Assembly (NCBI GenBank): GCA_012295275.1
Contig: CM022670.1
Span: 31,868,001 to 31,932,000, forward strand
Origin: Chrysomallon squamiferum
Taxonomy: Eukaryota; Animalia; Mollusca
Length of the DNA: 64,000 nt
Direction: 5' to 3'
Positions 56,363-64,000 of this stretch are shown here, one piece after another (the first letter of the stretch is position 1; every line of letters begins with the position of its first letter). The notes beneath the pieces were generated by a model. The model was not told where the DNA came from. It did no database searches and saw only the letters and a program-made list of their open reading frames with translations. A program made the translations under genes and the position numbers.

Positions 56363-59300
56363 TCTAATGTTCATTATTATAATCCAGGTATCATAAATGA
56401 ATGTCATTACTAATACTTTTCACAGATTTTTCATACAGGAAAGTATATACCACAGACTTTTTATCAACAAACACTGATGGTTATTTTCAAAACAAAAATT
56501 AAATAGTTTTAAAATCTAACAAACAAAATATGAATCTTTCACTCAGAATCTGTATTTAGGTTCATGGCTGATCTTAACAATCATGGAATATCATCAAAGA
56601 ATTTAATCAGAAGCGAAAATGTTAAAAATGTCACAGCCCACTAAAACATCCACGCTTGGGGAGATAGAAGTCTGGACCTGTGCCTGCAGGAACACAGCTA
56701 ATAGGACTTTTACATGTGAAGCAATGACGATAGCAAATTTAACAAAGAGCAGCGAATCCAGGTAAGCCCACTTTAAAAGGGATAATAATCACAAAGTACC
56801 GATAGCTAACTCATAAATTATTCCACTGTAGATGCTATCAATCTGTACATTTACTTACTTGGAAATCTGTCACACACACATAAAATAATGGATTGACTTA
56901 TGCTATGTAATCTGACGTAGGTAATTCCTTAGTCATAACTTGCAGGTGAAAAGATACTATCTTTAACTATTGATGACTGTAACTTCCATGCATAACCTGG
57001 CAATAGCTTTTTAAAAAATTAAAAATTAGGCCTTAGTATTATATGCTTTGGTTATAGAATGCAGCAGTATACATGTTTATGCTGTATACTGATAAGATGT
57101 AAAAGTAAAATGTGATAAAATACTTTTAAAACAATCCCGCAGTCAATGTATTCTCTGATCTTTGTGATAAGTAGTAATAGTTGAAATAGTGATTTCAGCA
57201 TTAGAAACAGTCACATTGCAATTCTCCTTGGGTTTTGGGGGGGGGGTGTTTGTTTTTTGTGTGTTTTTCTTTTGCTGTATGTATCTCTGGTTAAAGTATA
57301 TTTTCATAGACTTTGATATATTTAGGTAAGCCAAACTGCAATAGAAATTAAATTTACAAGGAAATGTCAATGACACACCAAGCAGTATAAAATTCTACAT
57401 AAAATCATATGGTATGTGTTATCCTACTACTGCAGATGATTGTTTTTCCTTCTGCTGAAATCATAAATATAGGATAAGATAAAAAAATAAAAATAAAGTA
57501 TAATTATAAATCATCAATATAAATTCTAGAAAATTATAAAGTTCTGTTCAGTTTTGGAAAACCATATGAATAATTGATTTTTGTTTGTTATATGGCATCT
57601 TGGCATTAACCTAACAAAGTGACACTGACATTCAGTCTGTTATAAAGAGAAAGCAGAGTGAGATTTGCACACAGGTGGATTATACTGAATACACCAGCTG
57701 ATAACAAGTTTAACTCACCTTAATCCATGGATTTAGGTGGAGCAACAGGTGTGGATACATTGTAACCAAACAATATATCATCCACATTTTTATTTTTCCA
57801 AGCTTTCTTTTTTCAATACTTTTGGAAACAAAGATTATATTATTTCTTCACTATATTTTCAAACACTTTGGAAGGGAAAATGAATGGTTATTTCTTCAGA
57901 ATATTTAGATAAAAGCTAACAGTAGATATAATACAATTTTATTATATTACTAAATTATGTATGGCCTAACAAAAGGTTTTGCCAGTGGAAGTAATATTGT
58001 TGTAAGTGTCTGTTGTTATCCAGGAAACTAAGGATGGTATTAATAACATGTTATTGTACAACACCAGACAAACAAACAAACAAACAAATAAATTGATACT
58101 GACATGGGATGATTTAAATGGTCTCCTATTTTAATTAGCATTACAAAGTTTTAAAATTTCTACTTAATTGAGCAATTTTTAAAGATAATATGGAACTGTT
58201 TATGTTTTTATATTAAAAAAGCTCTGGCAGATTTAAAACATCAAAATTATTTATCTAACAACTCTTCTAAATGGGTAATAAGTATATATTTCTATACAAG
58301 TGATTTAAGATTTGTTTTCTTTATTTTTAAATGTTCATAGATAACTGTGTAATGGTTTGAACCAGTGCAAAATGTTGATTTTTATCTTTATGCAAATGAT
58401 GTAAATCTGTGTTGATACCTCAGTGTTCTCCTGTTTGTAACTTACTCAAATGTTTCAGCTCACCCAAGCAATGACTGTCACAACAATATGGTGAGAGGCT
58501 ATACAGACCTGGTCATTGCCTCTAAAATTACAGGGCAACAAATGTTTGCTTAACCTCCTGACAGCTAAAATGCTTCTGTATTCTTTACCACAACATCTTT
58601 TTTTCTAATTGGTTTCTGAGGTCAATGTTAAGAAAAAAAATAATAATAAAGGAGTTTAAAGGATAAGATGGTGGAAACTAGAAATAACACATGATCTACA
58701 CAAGCTGAGTCTTCAATAATTACCACGAAATTTGTGTGACAAACTCACATGTTCATTAACAGAAAAATGGATAATGAGATTTTTACAGGTCTATTTTAAT
58801 TTTGTCAAATTTTAATTTATTATTGAAAACTAGGCTAATGTTATTAAATTAACAAGTTAGAAGAGAGTGAATTTCAAAGCAGTCCAACACAACATCTATG
58901 TTTTTATTTAAACAAAAACTGAAACTATTTTTATTAATTAAAATTTGTATTTAAACTGTGCATGGCATATTTGAAACATGTAAAACAATGATCAGAGATT
59001 AAAATTCATTTTGAAATATGACTTGCAGTGCAGACCAAGAGAGTAAGAAGAGAAATGAAAAGAAAATCATTCATGATACAAAATTGATCTATGTGATACA
59101 GAGTTCTCATAGACAGCCAGAACCATCGGTAATATGCAAAACATTCTCTTGTGAAACATCAACTCTTTTGAGAATTTGTAATCAGCTGTATGATACTTTT
59201 CAAGATTATGTCAGTGCAATAGAGCTGGTCAAAAGTGGTAATAATTTCCCCTGTGAGTCTTGGTAATGTTGGTTCTTGTCCAACTATTCAAATACTGGTC

Positions 59301-59884
59301 AGTCTAAACAGCGACAGAGACAACCAATAAAGATGGCTGCTGCATCAATGTAACATAATTCTTCATTATGTAAATCTTCTATTATAAAGGCCAGTGATGG
59401 ACATTAATTGAAAACAATAATGATGAAATAATGTACATGGTTACATCACCTTTTCACAGACTAATGATGCATTAAGTCTGAGTATTTAGAGGTGTTTGTA
59501 TATTTCAGTATTTCAACAGAAAACATTCCTCTTATGTAACAGGTTTATTATACATAACATTTTATAACAGCTGTATTATTCTAATAAATATTCATTACCT
59601 ATTTTATCACAAGGATAGGCAAGAAGAGAAAAATGTCTGCTTAAAATTTCACATTACATACAACATAAATTAATCAGAACAGTAAATTAAATTAATTAAA
59701 GATATTTTAACAATGCCTAAACAGATTTTTTTACATATGTAACCATTATATTAATTAACATTACCATGTGATATAACAGTAATATTAAGAGAAAGAAAAC
59801 CTGCTAAAGTATAACAGAAGTACCAGTTAAACATACTTTTTGACAGAAATGCAATGAAATACATGTATGCTAGGGTGTAGTGCA

Positions 59885-59965
59885 TATACTGGCTGGACTG
59901 GGAAATAGCCCGATGGGAATGTGAGGAGTATCAATCTTGTGACTCATCATTCTATACAGTGAACT
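59885..59965 (-). mobile_element. Decayed SINE 5' fragment
   Basis: CTGGCTGGACTGGGAAATAGCCCGATGG aligns with CTGACTGGAATGAAAAATAGTCCAGTGG at ~27650-27677. Confidence 0.55.
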
Positions 59966-62900
59966 GCAAAAGTTTTGTCTCTAAATTCAATAAATGCAGA
60001 TAGTATTTCCCAAGTTTAAAACTAATTGTAGCCCTTTCTGATATAAATTATTATAAATATTGGCCTGTATATGGTTATTCAAAGGTAGCTGAATATGAAA
60101 AATGTAATCAGTTACAAAATGAACTCAGGAATTTTAATTATTAATACACTCATAATTTCAGAAGGATGTCATATAGAAAAATACTGCATACCCAAAGAAG
60201 TAACAGTAACCATTCTGTCCATACTAGTATATAATGTATTTCAAACATTAGACCTCTCATTCAAGACAATTACACCATACAATCAAAAGAAAATCTGTTT
60301 ACTTTAAAGTTTCAGTTTTAAAACTCTCTTTTGAACAAAATTAGTAACAAAGGTTCACTGCATAAAACCTATTCCATTTTAATTTTCTGAATATATCCAT
60401 ATAATTGATTGATATTTTTCATTAGTGTGTATCTTTGTGAGTGCATATGTGTATACATACATATACATATGATTTACAAGAAGGAGAATATCCATATATT
60501 AACAGATATACAAATATGCAAGATGTTAAAAGAACACAGGATGCACACCTCTCAAAAAGTAACTGATCACAGAAAAACAAGACATTAATGAATGGTTTTG
60601 ATTAATCTCACAGGAACCCCAGTAAAAAAAAAACTTATGATAACTTGAGAAGATTCCATGGACAATGTCCAAGATATCTGGACAGGTCATGAAGAGGTAG
60701 CCATACTTTACTCTTGAGACTGTAGATCATTATCCGGCTATCTAGACCTAGCTGGAGCCAGGAAAGTGAAAAAAATACTCCTTATACATCATTCATTCCG
60801 ACAGTTGTTTTCAATCCAAATAGTTTCTTTAAATATGTCTTTGGTAAAACAAACTTCCATCTGATACACTGACTTTAAAGTGTATACATGTGTCAACAAG
60901 CATGAGACAATTAATGATTCCATTTTATTAGATTAACACTTGTCTTTTGAAACATGGCATTAAAGAACTTTTGATCGTGATGAAATTGTATATTTTGAAA
61001 ATCTGAGTTTACAAACAAGAACAAATGTTTGTTTTTTGACTGAATACCATCAGGACTTCTTTTAATTAATGGTTTTGCATTTTTAACTGAATTATTTGTC
61101 AAATAAAATCTGATGTGTTTGTAAGTCTGGGTATGTAGGTGTCTGTGAGTCAGTGTATACTATCCACATACACAAACATTAATTTGTTATTTGTTATCAT
61201 CTATTTTATGCCTTTTCATTTCACTCAGTTCACCTGCCTTCAATTAAAATGAAATAATTTTAACACTTTCACTTGAGTTATTATAAAGCAAACAAGAAAC
61301 AAAGTCATATTTATCAATAAACACCAGGAAGTAAATAATCAGCTCTGGTAATGATGATGATATCCGAGTGATTTACAGAGAATTCCATTACTCCCTCCTT
61401 CACTACAGACAACCATCAGTAAACAGGGACCATTCTTATATACCTTACTACACTTAGAAAACAGAAACCTTGGTTATGGCTCTTTTAGCTGGGAACTGAA
61501 ACAACCCCCAGTATGCTTGTTAATCTATTCACCAGGTAATTCTTTGATTTATTGCTCTTCTTGCTTAATGTATGTGTTGTCTGATAGGTGAACTTTATTT
61601 TATGCTTAACACAAGATTTTAATGTTTTATAAAGAGAGAGGCAAAACATTTCTGTAGATGTTTCAAAGCATACTGTAACTAGTGTTAACTTTCTGTGAAC
61701 TTCAGTATTCACCTTCATCATTCATGGACTCATAATATCAAAATCAAGACTGGATCAGAATATAACCCAGTTTAACAAAGGAGTGTCCCATATCATTCTC
61801 AGAGGAAATGAAAATCTTGAACTTTGCTCATCTAGATTAGTATCACATTTAAAAAAATAATTTAAAAAAAAATATATATGCAGTGCTTTTATCTTACTTT
61901 TATTTTTCTATATATTTATTTTTTTATTTATTTATTTTTTATTTTAAATTTGTTTCTGTAGTTAAACATTTTATCAAGTGTGACTTGGAATGTTATTAAA
62001 CATGTACATGTATATATTCAGCTTATATAAATAAAGTTTAAACATGATAAAGAATGAAAAAAAATTAACAAGTCAAAGAGGAGGCTAAGACAGTAATGTT
62101 TTTGTTATCATGGTTTGCTGCCACCTGTGATATGTTTTTGTATGGTTGGGGAGGAAAAAGAAGAGTACATAAAGTTTAGTGTGTGTGTTCTTATTTACAC
62201 CAAGCTCTTCTCCACTATGGGGTCAGTCAGAGGCTACAGCCTGGTAACAGTTCCCATTCAGCCAGTGCTGCCCCTGTTATCACAATATGGTGCAGGCCCT
62301 GGCAGGAGCACATGTCAGATTTATGGGGTTGGTCTGTCATCTTCCCTCATTAGTGGGGGAAATGATAATTACAGCTATTGCTCTGATTGTAGTTTGTCAA
62401 AACAATAGATGAAGCCAATATACCAGTAGTATCAGTGGTAGTTTTTGTTGAGTATGATAGGAAACCACTTTGTAACCATTCTGAACTAATATTCCAGTTC
62501 CTGTAGAAATGTTTTATGCTAAGTCATCAATGATATATTGTACAATCATTAACAATTAGTTAAACACAAATGAAATATATCCTGAACAAACAGTAATTTT
62601 TTTTATTAACTACAAGCTTTTTTCAAAAATCAGTAGCAAGATTTGTTTTTATTTTCCAATTAAATGGTGATCCAAGAATACTTGTGCCCTTGATGAATAT
62701 AGCAAAACTTTGAAATGAAAAATGTGTTGTTATATAATGAAAACATTTTGAAACTTTACAGAATTTGTGTTTATTCCATACTATTTATATGTACCAATCA
62801 AAAGAAAAGGATACATACAAACAGGTTTTATATCATAAAAGACTTAAAAAATGCTCATTTACAATTTTAAAATCATTTCAAAGTAGATCATTCACAATTA

Positions 62901-64000
62901 ATAAATTTAATACCTCAACTTCATTAGTTTTTAAATAATATCACATTAATAATGAGATAAGTTTTTGAAACAGAGAACAATTTTTCAGTCAACCATATTC
63001 ACCTCTGGAAAGCTCACTGTACAATTAGACATGAAACATTGACTTCAAGTCAACTCTCTCAATTAATGATCAAACTATATCTTTATGTTTTCTGCCATTT
63101 TCTGCTGTTTTCTGCCAAGACATCAGAGATGTGACTACTAATGTAAGAGCAACATAATACATTTTTCAGAACTGGTGCCAGTATTTGGACAGAATTCAAA
63201 GGAATACAGCAAGCTCTGAAATTATCTTGTCCAACCAAACATGTAATCATTTTACATCAAAATGGGGCTACAATTACCATTTATTGTTGACAATATGCAT
63301 CTGCCAATCTAGCCACATTTTGGTTAACCACAAAAACGCAGCAGTTGCCATCATTGCTTTGGCAGTAGTTGTTGTTTATAACACTGTAGACTTGTGCAAG
63401 ATGTTGTAAAATGAAGAAATCATTACATGTAAATACGAAGAGTGTCAAAAAGCACACTGATTATACACCCAAATAATACTTCATTTTCTCCGCCCTCTGC
63501 AGGTTTTTGTTGCTGCATATTTCTACCATAATTTTTTCAACATCTGCAGACTATTACTTTGATATTTCAAACAATACAAAATGTCTCTTGACTTCCACTG
63601 CATAAATTATTTGCAATGGCACACATTGAGAAATGAAAGAACAACAGCTCAAGGCTCAGCTTACTTCAAAGTAAATATTTTTTCTACTTACAAAATTTAC
63701 TTTGTTCCATAAATATGAATGCATTTCTAAATATATGAAAGGAAGGAAAAATATCCTTTGACTAGAACAATTTGAAAAGAAAAAGAATGTTTGTTTTATA
63801 ATGACTCCAAACACGAAATCAGCAAACTATTAAATATCAGATGTATATCTACTTTGAAATATTTTCAACCTTTGACACATATCATTACACAAACTGCTCT
63901 TTATATTTAGATCTCAAAAATATTTTGTATATTTGTTCTTCTTTTTTTCTTTCTATTTTTTCTTCTTACAAACAGGACAACACATGCCAGAAACATTTAC

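Noticed and set aside
57713-57800. Minus-strand donor AAG|gtgagt
   Set aside because: No pyrimidine tract before the AG, no good upstream acceptor, and a stop in the phase-2 frame.
62115-62408. 97-aa plus-strand ORF
   Set aside because: TTG start, no recognisable domain and no exon boundaries.

Overview
AT-rich (roughly 70% A+T by eye), extremely CpG-poor, microsatellite-rich eukaryotic DNA, most likely an invertebrate. The SINE relics resemble, from memory, a gastropod tRNA-derived SINE; this is unverified. The only convincing coding sequence is a 59-nt minus-strand exon (1667-1725) encoding the catalytic loop of a Ser/Thr kinase, (R)DLKMENIMLDEKRKNIKLC(D), CAMK-like and probably HUNK-like. 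It is too short for the ORF track. I found no neighbouring kinase exons, so 1726-64000 appears to be part of one intron of at least 62 kb that interrupts the Arg codon of the HRD motif. This intron holds decayed SINE copies in both orientations, many simple repeats and a ~1.6-kb minisatellite built of 50-bp dimers of two 25-bp monomers. It also alternates short GC-balanced islands with poly(A/T) spacers. Best leads: candidate recursive-splicing (AG|GTGAGT) sites on the transcribed strand, a frame-preserving 36-nt cassette or alternative-first exon candidate that would split HRD, and a CpG-retaining cluster of Pbx-Hox/Meis motifs. All are hypotheses. None of the listed ORFs looks like a real gene, and I cannot demonstrate a novel system from sequence alone.
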